From Synechococcus elongatus PCC 6301 (lineage in GTDB: Bacteria; Cyanobacteriota; Cyanobacteriia; Synechococcales; Synechococcaceae), in NCBI RefSeq assembly GCF_000010065.1, contig NC_006576.1:210001-242000 (forward strand): DNA of 32,000 bases, written 5' to 3'. Position 1 is the stretch's first letter; the number at the start of each line of letters is the position of its first letter. Of the stretch, positions 9,748-19,453 are shown piece after piece. The notes under the pieces are model-generated. The model ran no database searches and had not been told where the DNA came from. It worked only from the letters and a program-made list of their open reading frames with translations. The translations under genes were made by a program, and so were the position numbers.

Positions 9748-11058
9748 TTAAGGCTTGGGGCTGGGGGTCGGTTGCCAGTCTTGGCCAATCCGAATTGTCA
9801 GGTCGGAGCCAATATCGCCATCAGAGCTTGCACGGACCTCACCCAAATTCAGCTGCTGTTGCAACCCTTCCGCTTGGATTAAGTCCCCCCGCTGGGCAAT
9901 AATTTGTGTCTTCTCGAGGGGCTCTGGCCAGTCTTCAATGATGTAGACGCGACGAATTCCCAACTTAGCTAAGGATTCAGCAAGGGCTTGGGCTGCTTCG
10001 GGTTTCCCCGATGAGTCTTGAATGGCAACGCGCAGGTCTTCAAAAGCCAAGCGATCGATTGGCTGGATACTGATCTGGTTGAAAAAGTCACTGACTAGGC
10101 GATCGCGAGCGCCTTCATCCAAGCGCCAGTAGCTGACGTCGTCCTGCATAATCGGGCGACCGGGCAGCATCACCATGCGGATATTGGCCAAATCCTGTTG
10201 CAGCCCAATACTGACCAGAGCCATCAGTTCTTCAAAGCTGAGGTTGGTATCGACGTACTTTTGCAGGACTTTGACCAAGTCGGGTGCCTTCGTCAGAATC
10301 AGCGGATTGGCCAGCTTTTCCCGTAGGGCCCGTAGCAACATTTGCTGGCGCTGCACCCGCCCAATATCCCCCAGCTCGTCGTAACGGAAGCGGGCGAACT
10401 GTTCTGCCTGATCGCCATTCAGGGTTTGGCGCCCCGCTGGGAGATCGATGTAGAGCTTTTGGGTGTTGTCGGTATAGCGCATCGGCTTGGGCACATACAC
10501 CTCAACCCCACCGACCAAATCGACCAGCTCCTTAAAAGCAGTGGTGTCAATCCGCAGGTAGCGATCGATCGGTACGTCATTGAGGGTGCGACTAACCACA
10601 TCCGCCGCCAGAGCCGGCCCCCCAAAGACGTTAGCCGCATTAATTTTGGTGGTGCCGTAGCCAGGGATTGCGACTTGGGTGTCGCGGGGAATCGAGAGGA
10701 GGCTGGTTGTCCCTTCCAGGGGGTCAAACCGCAATAACAGCAGGGTATCGCTGCGAGTGTCAAACTTCTCTGCTTGTTCACCGGTTTCCGACTGATCCAA
10801 GCCCATGACCAGAACATTGATCGGCCGATTGAAGCTGTAGGGCAGCAGGGCCATCAAGGGCGAGTTGGGCGCAACCGGCTTGGCAGAACGGCTGAGGGGG
10901 AGGGCATAAACAAGACCTGCCGTAGCGATCGCGGCAGCGCTGGCGATCGCAGCCATCAACCCGACTTGGGGCCAAAGCCGTCGGGGTTTTGATGCTGGCG
11001 ACGAGATCCGCTTCACCTTTGTTTGAGTCGCTGGTCGAGAGATGGGTGAAGCCCCCAC
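9748..11058 (-). CDS. LytR-CpsA-Psr (LCP) family cell-envelope glycopolymer transferase
   Basis: N-terminal TM segment; NVLVMGLDQSETGEQAEKFDTRSDTLLLLRFDPLEGTTSLLSIPRDTQV, INAANVFGG, VDLVGGVEVYVPKPM, DGDQAEQFARFRYDELGDIGRVQRQQMLLRAL are canonical LCP motifs; C-terminal LytR_C-like region. Confidence 0.92.
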   Translation of the reverse strand: MGASPISRPATQTKVKRISSPASKPRRLWPQVGLMAAIASAAAIATAGLVYALPLSRSAKPVAPNSPLMALLPYSFNRPINVLVMGLDQSETGEQAEKFDTRSDTLLLLRFDPLEGTTSLLSIPRDTQVAIPGYGTTKINAANVFGGPALAADVVSRTLNDVPIDRYLRIDTTAFKELVDLVGGVEVYVPKPMRYTDNTQKLYIDLPAGRQTLNGDQAEQFARFRYDELGDIGRVQRQQMLLRALREKLANPLILTKAPDLVKVLQKYVDTNLSFEELMALVSIGLQQDLANIRMVMLPGRPIMQDDVSYWRLDEGARDRLVSDFFNQISIQPIDRLAFEDLRVAIQDSSGKPEAAQALAESLAKLGIRRVYIIEDWPEPLEKTQIIAQRGDLIQAEGLQQQLNLGEVRASSDGDIGSDLTIRIGQDWQPTPSPKP

Positions 11059-11300
11059 AGGTTTACCTCAGGCAAAATTGCGCAGAATTGACGGATTATA
11101 GGCGACTCTTTACGCTCGGCAAGGTCTGCTGGCGTGCAGTTGTAGCAGCGGCTGCGATCGCATACAGCATTTATACCTAATTTCTGTCCTTCTCTGGGGT
11201 CAGAAGACGCTCTTCTATCTGCCCCATTGGCAAGCGGTGATTCCGCGAGTTTTCCGGCTCCGGTAAGGTGGAAACATTGGCTTTGTCCCCTTGGTTTGGC

Positions 11301-12506
11301 ATGACTGCAGCACTTCCCCACCGTCGCGCCCGCGCCCTCAAACCCGGAAGCCGTCGGCCCGCCAAAGATCTCTGCAGTGAGTGTGGTCTCTGCGATACCT
11401 CCTATGTCCATTACGTCAAAGAGGCCTGTGCCTTTTTAAATCAGCAGTTTGAGCCGCTGGAACAGCAGGTTCATGGGCGATCGCGGGATCTGGAGAATCC
11501 TGATGAACTCTACTTCGGAGTTCATCAGTCGATGACGGCTGCCCAAAAGCGAGAACCCATCGAAGGCGCTCAGTGGACTGGGATTGTTAGTGCGCTGGCC
11601 TGCCGGATGCTAGAGCAGGGCTGGGTCGAAGGCGTAGTCTGTGTCCAAAATAGCCCTAGCGATCGCTTCCAACCCATGCCTGTGATCGCGCGCACAACCG
11701 ATGAAATTTTGGCCGCGCGAGTCAACAAACCGACCCTGTCGCCCAACCTCAATATCCTTGATCTGATTGAGCAATCAGGACTGAAACGACTGCTGGTGAT
11801 TGGCGTCGGTTGCCAAATTCAAGCTCTGCGCGCCGTTCAAGACAAACTGGGGCTCGACAAGCTTTACGTCTTGGGCACCCCCTGCGTCGATAATGTCAGT
11901 CGCGCCGGTCTGCAAAAGTTCTTGGAAACCACCAGCCGATCTCCCGAGACAGTGGTGCACTACGAGTTCATGCAGGATTTCCGCATCCACTTCAAGCATG
12001 AAGACGGCAGCATCGAAATGGTGCCCTTCTTTGGCCTCAAGACTAAGGAGCTTAAAGATGTGTTCGCACCTTCCTGTCTGAGCTGTTTTGACTACACCAA
12101 TGGCCTTGCTGACCTCGTTGTCGGCTACATGGGCGCGCCCTTTGGCTGGCAGTGGTTAGTGGTGCGCAATGAAATCGGCCAAGAAATGTTTGATCTCATC
12201 CAAGACGACCTACGGCTACAACCTGTCCAGAGCAGTGGCGATCGCCGGGCTGCGGTACAAAACAGCATTCCGGCCTACGAACAAGGTGTGCAGCTGCCGA
12301 TGTGGGCGGCCAAATTGATGGGCCTCGTGATCGAGCGGATCGGTCCCAAGGGCCTTGAATATGCTCGCTTTTCGATTGACAGCCACTTCACCCGCAACGC
12401 GCTCTACGTGCGGCGCAACTATCCCGAGAAAGCTGAGACGCACATTCCGGAGTTTGCCAAGCGGATCGTCAGTCAATATCAACTCCCACCGATCGAGGAG
12501 AAATAA
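11301..12506 (+). CDS. bciB: F420-hydrogenase beta-subunit family flavin/Fe-S reductase; probably ferredoxin-dependent 8-vinyl reductase (BciB) or the related 7-hydroxymethyl chlorophyll a reductase family
   Basis: KDLCSECGLCDTSYVHYVKEACAFLNQQ, LYVLGTPCVDNVSRAGLQKFL, FAPSCLSCFDYTNGLADLVVGYMGAPFGWQWLVVRN. Start at 11301 (MTAALPHRR) preferred over 11268. Confidence 0.8.
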   Translation: MTAALPHRRARALKPGSRRPAKDLCSECGLCDTSYVHYVKEACAFLNQQFEPLEQQVHGRSRDLENPDELYFGVHQSMTAAQKREPIEGAQWTGIVSALACRMLEQGWVEGVVCVQNSPSDRFQPMPVIARTTDEILAARVNKPTLSPNLNILDLIEQSGLKRLLVIGVGCQIQALRAVQDKLGLDKLYVLGTPCVDNVSRAGLQKFLETTSRSPETVVHYEFMQDFRIHFKHEDGSIEMVPFFGLKTKELKDVFAPSCLSCFDYTNGLADLVVGYMGAPFGWQWLVVRNEIGQEMFDLIQDDLRLQPVQSSGDRRAAVQNSIPAYEQGVQLPMWAAKLMGLVIERIGPKGLEYARFSIDSHFTRNALYVRRNYPEKAETHIPEFAKRIVSQYQLPPIEEK

Positions 12507-12630
12507 TTCTGCTGTAGAGCCACCGATCTCTTAGGCAAACCCTTGGTTCGGCTTTCCCCCTTGCTGCACCTGATAGGATGCCAATATCCCTTTATTTAGC
12601 GCTTGCTGGCGCTTGACCCGCCGCTTTTTT

Positions 12631-12813
12631 ATGGAACCTGGCAGTAGTAGCCGCGCCAACGCCCCCGCCCCGCCTGCGCAACGGTGGTCTGAACGGGTCG
12701 GTATCGCAATTGCGTTGGCAACCTTAGTCATCCCTTTTTGGGTTATTAGTTTTTACTCAACCTCGCGGACCAGTTCGTCACCTCCTGCTTCGCTGCAGCT
12801 GCGAAGTGACTGA
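12631..12813 (+). CDS. Small single-TM hypothetical protein
   Basis: MEPGSSSRANAPAPPAQRWSERVGIAIALATLVIPFWVISFYSTSRTSSSPPASLQLRSD: one clear hydrophobic helix. Overlaps an antisense ORF (12531..12731) with weaker protein-like character. Confidence 0.4.
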   Translation: MEPGSSSRANAPAPPAQRWSERVGIAIALATLVIPFWVISFYSTSRTSSSPPASLQLRSD

Positions 12814-12903
12814 TCCGGCGATCGCCCGACTCTTCCGTCTACGATTTTGCTTTCCTCCTTTCGGGGGTGGCAATCGCAAGGTATGGCAGGCTAGGGGAAC
12901 AAG

Positions 12904-13713
12904 TTGTCGGAGCCACCTGCGATGAATACAGCCTCTGATCCCTGGTGGGTTCAACAGTGGCTGGATTTGATCAATGCCTATCGCTTCAAGAAACGCTTGG
13001 AGCGAGGTTGGCGCTATGCCCGCGAAGGTCATGTCCTCAGCATTTGCTTCCAAGGGCAAAAAGTGGAGGCGAAGGTTCAAGGGACTGAAGCGAAGCCCTA
13101 TCGAGCCTCGCTTTGGCTGGATCCAATCAGTGAGGAGGACTGGGGCTACGTCATTTCAGCCTTGGCGACTGAGGCCCGTTGGTCAGCACTGTTGTTAGCA
13201 GGCGAAATGCCCGCCGACATCGAGACGGTGTTCGCCCGTAATGGTTTGCGCCTTTTCCCGTTTAGCCTCAGTGATGTCCACTCGCGCTGTAGCTGTCCAG
13301 ATAAAGCCAACCCTTGCAAGCATGTCAGCGCTATCTACTACCTGCTTGGCGATCGCTTTAGTGAAGATCCCTTCGTGCTTTTTCAGCTCCGGGGACGGCA
13401 ACGACAGCAGCTACTAGAGGAATTGCGATCGCGTCGCCAAGCTAGCCTTCAACCAACGCCAGAAGTCTCTGCTGCACCAGTTCCTCAGCTGCAGCAATTT
13501 TGGGATTACGCCGATCCCCTTGACCCAGAGCTGGTGATTATCACGCCCAGTCTCGGCGACACAGTGCTTGGACAATTGGGTTCTTTGCCCCTTGCGAGCG
13601 ATCCTCGTTTAGAGACCAGCGCTGCGCAGCTACTAGTGCAATTGCGGCAGCTCTATGAGGATGTTGCTCAGTCAGTTTTCTTGGAATCTATGGCATCAGC
13701 AGGCGATCGCTGA
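12904..13713 (+). CDS. SWIM zinc-finger protein
   Basis: SRCSCPDKANPCKHVSAIYYLLGDRFSEDPFVLFQLRGRQRQQLL: CxCx(n)CxH SWIM signature followed by the cyanobacterial-type extension. Possible internal ATG start (MNTASDPWW). Confidence 0.85.
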   Translation: MSEPPAMNTASDPWWVQQWLDLINAYRFKKRLERGWRYAREGHVLSICFQGQKVEAKVQGTEAKPYRASLWLDPISEEDWGYVISALATEARWSALLLAGEMPADIETVFARNGLRLFPFSLSDVHSRCSCPDKANPCKHVSAIYYLLGDRFSEDPFVLFQLRGRQRQQLLEELRSRRQASLQPTPEVSAAPVPQLQQFWDYADPLDPELVIITPSLGDTVLGQLGSLPLASDPRLETSAAQLLVQLRQLYEDVAQSVFLESMASAGDR

Positions 13714-14029
13714 GCCATTTTTCAGGATCAGCAGTATAGTCATTGCAGCTAATCCGCTATTCAACGGCTTTCCTCTTTCCCTGTCTTAAGCAAAGGCTTC
13801 TAAAGCTCACAATAAATAGACAGCAGCTAACTGCGTAACAAGCAAAAATGAGTGCGGTTAGACATGCGGACTTTACACAAAGTATTCCAAACTACCTAAC
13901 AGCAGCTCTTTGGTGTCAATTTTTGTTGATGGGGTGGAATTGGCTAGCGATCGCTCCAACCCTAGCAGTTAAACTCCCCCTAAGCACCTTCTAGCTCAGC
14001 AGAGCTAGATATGTGAACTGTTAGCGAGA

Positions 14030-15940
14030 ATGTCAAGAATCATGAGCATACGTTTTTTAATTATCGAGGCGTATCTGCATGTATTGGCCTTTGCGTTAAT
14101 CATCACAGGCCTCATTGGGTTAGTCGGCTACCCTGATGTCCAACACTTAACCTTTCATAGTTTAGTTCTGCCATTAGATAGTTCACTCTTATTACTATTA
14201 CTTGGTGGGCTGCTACTTAGCGCAGTTTATCGCGCAGGAAAGCTGCTAAAAGCCTTGATGTTCTTGTTGATAATCACCGTAGTGTACGGCACCACAAGGA
14301 ATTGGTTGGTTGGAGAGCCAGAAACAAATTTCTCGTTTATCAGTGAATTTATTCGGGTTAGAACTGCTTTTGTTATCACGTCCTTGATAAGTAGTCTTGC
14401 TTTTTCTTGGAGTCTAGAATCACGTCTAACTAAGCGACGAGCTTACTTTACTGGTGTTGGTATTATTTTGCTTTCAAGCACATCATTGCTGTCTGACTTA
14501 TTTTGGGCTCCAGAAGCTACTAGCTTGAGATATGATTTTTCGTCAATTTATGTTGTCAATTTCTTGAGTATTTTACTGAGCATTAGTGTTATTTTATTGG
14601 CGCCTAGATCACATCAGAGTCTCAGCAGCCCCGGAAGAATTCCTGTTTTAGCAGGCTTATTGGGAGTGATGTTAACCTGCATCACTTGGTATTTGCTCAG
14701 CTTGCAAACTATTAGCTTTATCAATCAGCAAAGTGACATTTTACTGGCTAAAGTCCAGAGCAGCACCGAGCGGGCATTATCCAATCGACTAGCACTCATT
14801 CAACGAATGAGCGAGCGCTGGGAAGCGCTAGGAAGCTTACCCACTCAAGCCTATTGGCAGCAAGAAGCCAAGAGTTACCTTCGTGACTTCCCGAATCTAC
14901 AGTGGGTGGGAGTATTCGATTCTGAGATACAGCCCTACTGGCTGGTGGGACGTACAGATAAGGCTGCAGAGTGGTTGCCTCGGTTCAGAGCTGAACAGAA
15001 TCAACAAGTTTGGTTCCAGCAAACCTTAGCCTCTAGGTCTACCTCACTCAGCCCGGTATTCACTCTTCCTGACAACCCAAGTACCTATGTCTTGCTTGCT
15101 AGCCCGCTGAACTTACCGAATCACCCCCCCCGCTTAATTGCTGCCGGCCTCAGTCTTCAGGGCATTATGCGTGACCTTATTGGGACAGATTATGACCAGT
15201 TTGTTCTGGCTCTATTTCAAGGCGATCAACCAATCTACCGCTCAGCTCTCCTATCTAATCAAGACTTGAAGAGTAGGCCTATTAACGATCGCAATATTAT
15301 TTTGAGCAATGGGAAAAGTTGGAAATTAGTGGCCTATGTCAGTAACCCAGCCGCATTTTCAACGGCACGTTTACTATCTGTCTTGGTGATGGCATTTGGC
15401 TTGTTGCTGAGCTTTTTTCTCATGCTTAGTCAACGATTAGCAAGAATTGCTACAGAACGTGCAAAATATCTACAACAAGCGAATAAAAACTTGCAAGCCA
15501 GTCTGGAAAGCCAAGCCTTTGCTCAAGCCCTCAACCAGCGCATCATGGAATTCACTATGGATGTGCTTTGTTCCTTTGATCGCGAGGGGCGCTTTCTCGA
15601 AGTTAGTCCATCGTGTCTTAAGTTATTTGGCTATAGTCCAGAAGAACTGAATGGCCGCCCCTATTTAGAACTAGTCTTGCCTGAAGATCGGGATTTAACA
15701 ATTCAGGAAGCCCAGCAGTTGATGACCGGTCGGCCAACCTATAACTTTCGCAATCGCTATCGTCATAAAGATGGTCATGTTATACACATTCTTTGGTCTG
15801 CTGACTGGTCTGAAACTGATCAAGTGTTATTTGCAGTTGCTCATGATATTACGCCACTTGTTCAGAACGAAGCCTTTGCTAATCGTCAACGCGATATTTT
15901 GAGCTTGATTTCCCTTGATCGCCCCCTGACAGAAATATAG
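14030..15940 (+). CDS. Multi-TM membrane sensor, CHASE-like extracytoplasmic domain and PAS; N-terminal part of an interrupted sensor histidine kinase
   Basis: About 6-7 hydrophobic helices (aa ~7-235), then ALIQRMSERWEALGSL...AKSYLRDFPNLQWVGVFDSEIQPYW (CHASE-like), a TM (LLSVLVMAFGLLLSFFLML), a coiled linker, PAS domain (VLCSFDREGRFLEVSPSCLKLFGYSPEELNGRPYLELVLPEDR). Ends in TAG at 15938-15940 within the first residues of a GAF domain. Confidence 0.8.
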   Translation: MSRIMSIRFLIIEAYLHVLAFALIITGLIGLVGYPDVQHLTFHSLVLPLDSSLLLLLLGGLLLSAVYRAGKLLKALMFLLIITVVYGTTRNWLVGEPETNFSFISEFIRVRTAFVITSLISSLAFSWSLESRLTKRRAYFTGVGIILLSSTSLLSDLFWAPEATSLRYDFSSIYVVNFLSILLSISVILLAPRSHQSLSSPGRIPVLAGLLGVMLTCITWYLLSLQTISFINQQSDILLAKVQSSTERALSNRLALIQRMSERWEALGSLPTQAYWQQEAKSYLRDFPNLQWVGVFDSEIQPYWLVGRTDKAAEWLPRFRAEQNQQVWFQQTLASRSTSLSPVFTLPDNPSTYVLLASPLNLPNHPPRLIAAGLSLQGIMRDLIGTDYDQFVLALFQGDQPIYRSALLSNQDLKSRPINDRNIILSNGKSWKLVAYVSNPAAFSTARLLSVLVMAFGLLLSFFLMLSQRLARIATERAKYLQQANKNLQASLESQAFAQALNQRIMEFTMDVLCSFDREGRFLEVSPSCLKLFGYSPEELNGRPYLELVLPEDRDLTIQEAQQLMTGRPTYNFRNRYRHKDGHVIHILWSADWSETDQVLFAVAHDITPLVQNEAFANRQRDILSLISLDRPLTEI

Positions 15941-15955
15941 ACGGCCATTTGCGCA

Positions 15956-18900
15956 ATGGTAGAGGAGTTCAATCCGAGCACTTACTGCTCAATTTTGCGC
16001 CTCGATCGGGAGACTCAACAGATTTGGACAGTCGTAGCTCCCAGCCTGCCCAAAGAGTATTGCCAAGCGATTGATGGCGCCACAGTGGGGCCAAACACGG
16101 GAAGTTGCGGGGCAGCTATTTTCCGGCGGCAACCTGTTCTCGTTGCGGACATCGAATCGGATCCGCTTTGGGCAAACGACCGCGATACTGCTCTCATCCA
16201 TGGCTTGCGGTCTTGCTGGTCGTTTCCCTTGATTGCTCATAATGGGCAAGTTCAAGGGACATTAGCAGTCTATCAACCATTTCCACAGACACCCTCGGAA
16301 GATCAACTGCAGCAGTGTCTCACCGTGGCACAGTTAGCAGCGATCGCGTTCGCCCGATCACTCGACCGCCAACAACTTCAAGATAGTGAGCAGCGTTTTC
16401 GATCCCTGTTTACCTTCAACCCTGATGCCGTCTACTCATTTGACTTGCAGGGTATCTACCAGAGCATGAATTCTGCTGGCTTCGAAATTTTGGATCGACA
16501 AGCTGATCAAATCATCGGTAAGCATTTTTCAGATGTTGTTATCTCAGAAGACCTTGAAAAATGTCAACAGCATTTTGACCAAGCTTGCAAAGGAGAGGCG
16601 CAGCACTATGAAATAAGGATTAACGGCAGAAACGGTCAACTCTTTTACTTAGATGTTAGTAAATTTCCGATTGTTGTAAACAACAAGATTGTTGGAGTTT
16701 TTGGTATTGCCAAAGATATTACTCAGAGAAAGCAAATTACTGCTGATTTACAACAGGCTTTGATGCAGAGTAATAAGCAGACAGAGCAGCTTCGTCGTTT
16801 AGGAAATGCTGCGATCGCTACTGCAGAGCTCCAAGACCATCAAGAATTGGTCAAATATCTTGTGGAACAAGTTCGGCTTACCATTAGGGCTCACCAAGCC
16901 GTTATTAGTTTAACTCGATGTGATGACTGGAGTCAGTCAATCAATGCTATCTCTCTCTCTGATAAATATGCTGCTTGGAAGAACTATGATGAACTATCCA
17001 CTGGCGAAGGTATTTACACCCTCATTTGCGAAACGAATCAGCCCTTGGTTCTAACTCAAGAAGAGCTTGAAAAACACCCTCGCTGGCGAGGATTTGGCGA
17101 CCAAGCAGATAAGCATCCTCCCATGCGAGGCTGGTTGGCTGTACCTCTGTTCGATCCCAATGGCCGCAATCTCGGTGTCCTTCAGCTCTCTGATAAAGAG
17201 GAAGGCGAATTTGATGATGATGATCTAGCGATCGCCCAGCAATTTGCACAGATGACAGTGGCGGTTTTGGAAAATAACCGGCTCCTCAATGAGGTGCTCA
17301 CTGCTGAACAACAACTGAAGGAGCAGTTGAGCTTCAACTCTACAATCACGGACTGTATGGCTGAGGGACTGTTGGCCGTTGATGAACGTGGCAAATTAGC
17401 TTTTGCCAATCCAACGGCGCAGGAGTGGCTGGCAATCGACAAGTCAGAACTTTCGCAACAATCCCTCGACCAACTCCTACCACTAGATCTGACTGCTTGG
17501 AATCAAGGAGGAGTTGGCAATCAAGGGGAGTTGAAGCTTAAAGGACGGATTTTGCAGTACGAAGCCCGTCCCTTAGTAGGCCCCGTAGCAGAGAGAGGTT
17601 GGGTTTTAGTCCTCCACGACGTTACAGCCCAGCGTCAAGTTGACCAAGCCATGCGGGAGCGAGACCAGTTTTTTAGCCTTTCCCTCGAGATGTTCTGCAT
17701 GGTCGATTTACGAGGGCGTTTCATTCAGGTCAATCCAGCCTTTGCTGCAACCCTTCGCTACAGTACCGCTGAGCTCGTTGGTCGCCCCTATCTCGAGTTG
17801 GTCGATTTGGGCGATCGCAGTCAGATCGCGACTACAATTCGCCGGTTGAAAGCCGGGCTTCTCATCCACGATCTAGTCATCCGCGTCTGGGACAAAGCAG
17901 GTGAGTTACACTGGCTACAAATCAGTGCAGCCCTCGGGGACGATCGCGTCATCTATTGCGTAGCCCGCGACGTTACAGAGCAACGAGCTATTCAAGAGCA
18001 AATCCTTCAGCAAAACCTACTGCTAAGAATGGCTGGGCAGACTGCCAAGCTGGGCGGCTGGAGCGTTGAGCTACCCAGTCGAGAAGTGATTTGGTCGCCA
18101 GAAACCTTTAGTTTGCTGGGTTTTACTGATGAAGATGAACCCGATTTGGAGGAAGCCCTTAGCCTCTATCCCCCTGCGGAGCGAGCCCTAGTCACAAAGG
18201 CGCTAGAGGACTGTATTCAGCAGGGAATTAGCTTTGATTTTGATGTAGCTGTTCACAATACTTCTGGCTTCCTGCTCGATGCACGAGTGACGGGGCAAGC
18301 CGTTCGTGATGAAACTGGAGCGATTGTAAGAATCTCGGGGGCATTTCAGGATGTTAGCGATCGCAAACGGGCCCAACGTGAGGCTCAGCGACTGGCGGAT
18401 CGGCTACGAACCACGCTTGAAAGCATTACTGATGGCTTTTATACCCTCGATGAAAACTGGCGATTTAGCTACCTCAATCAGGAGGGTGCTCAGCAGCTGG
18501 GCGTCAATGTAGAAGAAACGCTAGGCCAAATGGTCTGGACTGCTTTTCCTGGGTCCTACGAGAGCGAACTCGGCCATATTTATCGGCAAGCGATTGCTAC
18601 GGGCGAAGCCGCTCATTTTGAGACCTACTATGAACCCTTCGGCCGGTGGTTTGAAGTCCATGCTTACCCTTCTGAAGACGGTTTGGCAGTCTACTTCCGC
18701 GATGTTTCAGAACGTCGGCAAACCGAACAAAATTTACGGATTACGCTGCGAGAGCTAGAGCGCAGCAACCAGGAGCTGCAGGAATTTGCCTTTGTTGCCT
18801 CCCACGACCTTCAGGAGCCACTGCGCAAAATTCAGGCTTTCTCGGATCGCCTCATTGCTCGGACCAGCAACCTAGATGATGAATCTCAGGATTATCTGAG

Positions 18901-19453
18901 GCGTATGGCCTCTGCAGCAGGACGAATGCAGACCTTGATCATCGATTTGTTGAACTACTCCCGTGTCAACACTCGGGGTCTGCCCTTACAGCCCTTATCC
19001 CTCGACCAAGTACTCGACGATGTCTTGGTCGATATGGAAGCTAGTCTCGATCAGGCCTCTGCGATCGTGGAGCGGCAGCCCTTGCCAACTATCCAGGGTG
19101 ACGCCGGTCAGTTTCGCCAGGTTTTCCAGAATCTGTTGAGTAATGCCCTGAAATTTCAGTCAGCAGACAACCAACCATTAATTCAGATTTACAGTGAGCT
19201 GACAGAGGCTGGGCAATTGAGGTTGTGCATCGCTGATAATGGCATTGGATTCGATGAGAAGTATCTAGACCGAATTTTCAACCCCTTCCAGCGCTTACAT
19301 AGTCGCGATGCCTATGCTGGTACAGGGATTGGACTAGCGATCGTCAAAAAAATCATTGAGCGCCACGGCGCGACGATTACTGCAAAGAGTATCCCCGGAC
19401 AAGGTAGTGTATTTTTCATTACTTTTCCTGTAACTGAAAAAGATTTCCGATGA
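15956..19453 (+). CDS. Sensor histidine kinase (GAF-PAS-GAF-PAS-PAS-PAS-PAS-HisKA-HATPase), same reading frame as the upstream ORF
   Basis: GAF (TYCSILRLDRETQQIWTVVAPSLP...SCGAAIFRRQPVLVADIESDPLW), PAS blocks, second GAF (GDQADKHPPMRGWLAVPLFDPNGRNLGVLQLSDKEEGEFDDDDLAIAQQFAQM), HisKA (FAFVASHDLQEPLRKIQAF), N-box NLLSNALKF, G-boxes DNGIGF and GTGIGLAIVKKIIERHG. Confidence 0.92.
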   Translation: MVEEFNPSTYCSILRLDRETQQIWTVVAPSLPKEYCQAIDGATVGPNTGSCGAAIFRRQPVLVADIESDPLWANDRDTALIHGLRSCWSFPLIAHNGQVQGTLAVYQPFPQTPSEDQLQQCLTVAQLAAIAFARSLDRQQLQDSEQRFRSLFTFNPDAVYSFDLQGIYQSMNSAGFEILDRQADQIIGKHFSDVVISEDLEKCQQHFDQACKGEAQHYEIRINGRNGQLFYLDVSKFPIVVNNKIVGVFGIAKDITQRKQITADLQQALMQSNKQTEQLRRLGNAAIATAELQDHQELVKYLVEQVRLTIRAHQAVISLTRCDDWSQSINAISLSDKYAAWKNYDELSTGEGIYTLICETNQPLVLTQEELEKHPRWRGFGDQADKHPPMRGWLAVPLFDPNGRNLGVLQLSDKEEGEFDDDDLAIAQQFAQMTVAVLENNRLLNEVLTAEQQLKEQLSFNSTITDCMAEGLLAVDERGKLAFANPTAQEWLAIDKSELSQQSLDQLLPLDLTAWNQGGVGNQGELKLKGRILQYEARPLVGPVAERGWVLVLHDVTAQRQVDQAMRERDQFFSLSLEMFCMVDLRGRFIQVNPAFAATLRYSTAELVGRPYLELVDLGDRSQIATTIRRLKAGLLIHDLVIRVWDKAGELHWLQISAALGDDRVIYCVARDVTEQRAIQEQILQQNLLLRMAGQTAKLGGWSVELPSREVIWSPETFSLLGFTDEDEPDLEEALSLYPPAERALVTKALEDCIQQGISFDFDVAVHNTSGFLLDARVTGQAVRDETGAIVRISGAFQDVSDRKRAQREAQRLADRLRTTLESITDGFYTLDENWRFSYLNQEGAQQLGVNVEETLGQMVWTAFPGSYESELGHIYRQAIATGEAAHFETYYEPFGRWFEVHAYPSEDGLAVYFRDVSERRQTEQNLRITLRELERSNQELQEFAFVASHDLQEPLRKIQAFSDRLIARTSNLDDESQDYLRRMASAAGRMQTLIIDLLNYSRVNTRGLPLQPLSLDQVLDDVLVDMEASLDQASAIVERQPLPTIQGDAGQFRQVFQNLLSNALKFQSADNQPLIQIYSELTEAGQLRLCIADNGIGFDEKYLDRIFNPFQRLHSRDAYAGTGIGLAIVKKIIERHGATITAKSIPGQGSVFFITFPVTEKDFR

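Noticed and set aside
12531-12731. 66-aa minus-strand ORF
   Set aside because: Conflicts with the plus-strand small membrane ORF and lacks hydrophobic or domain-like structure; neither is strongly supported.
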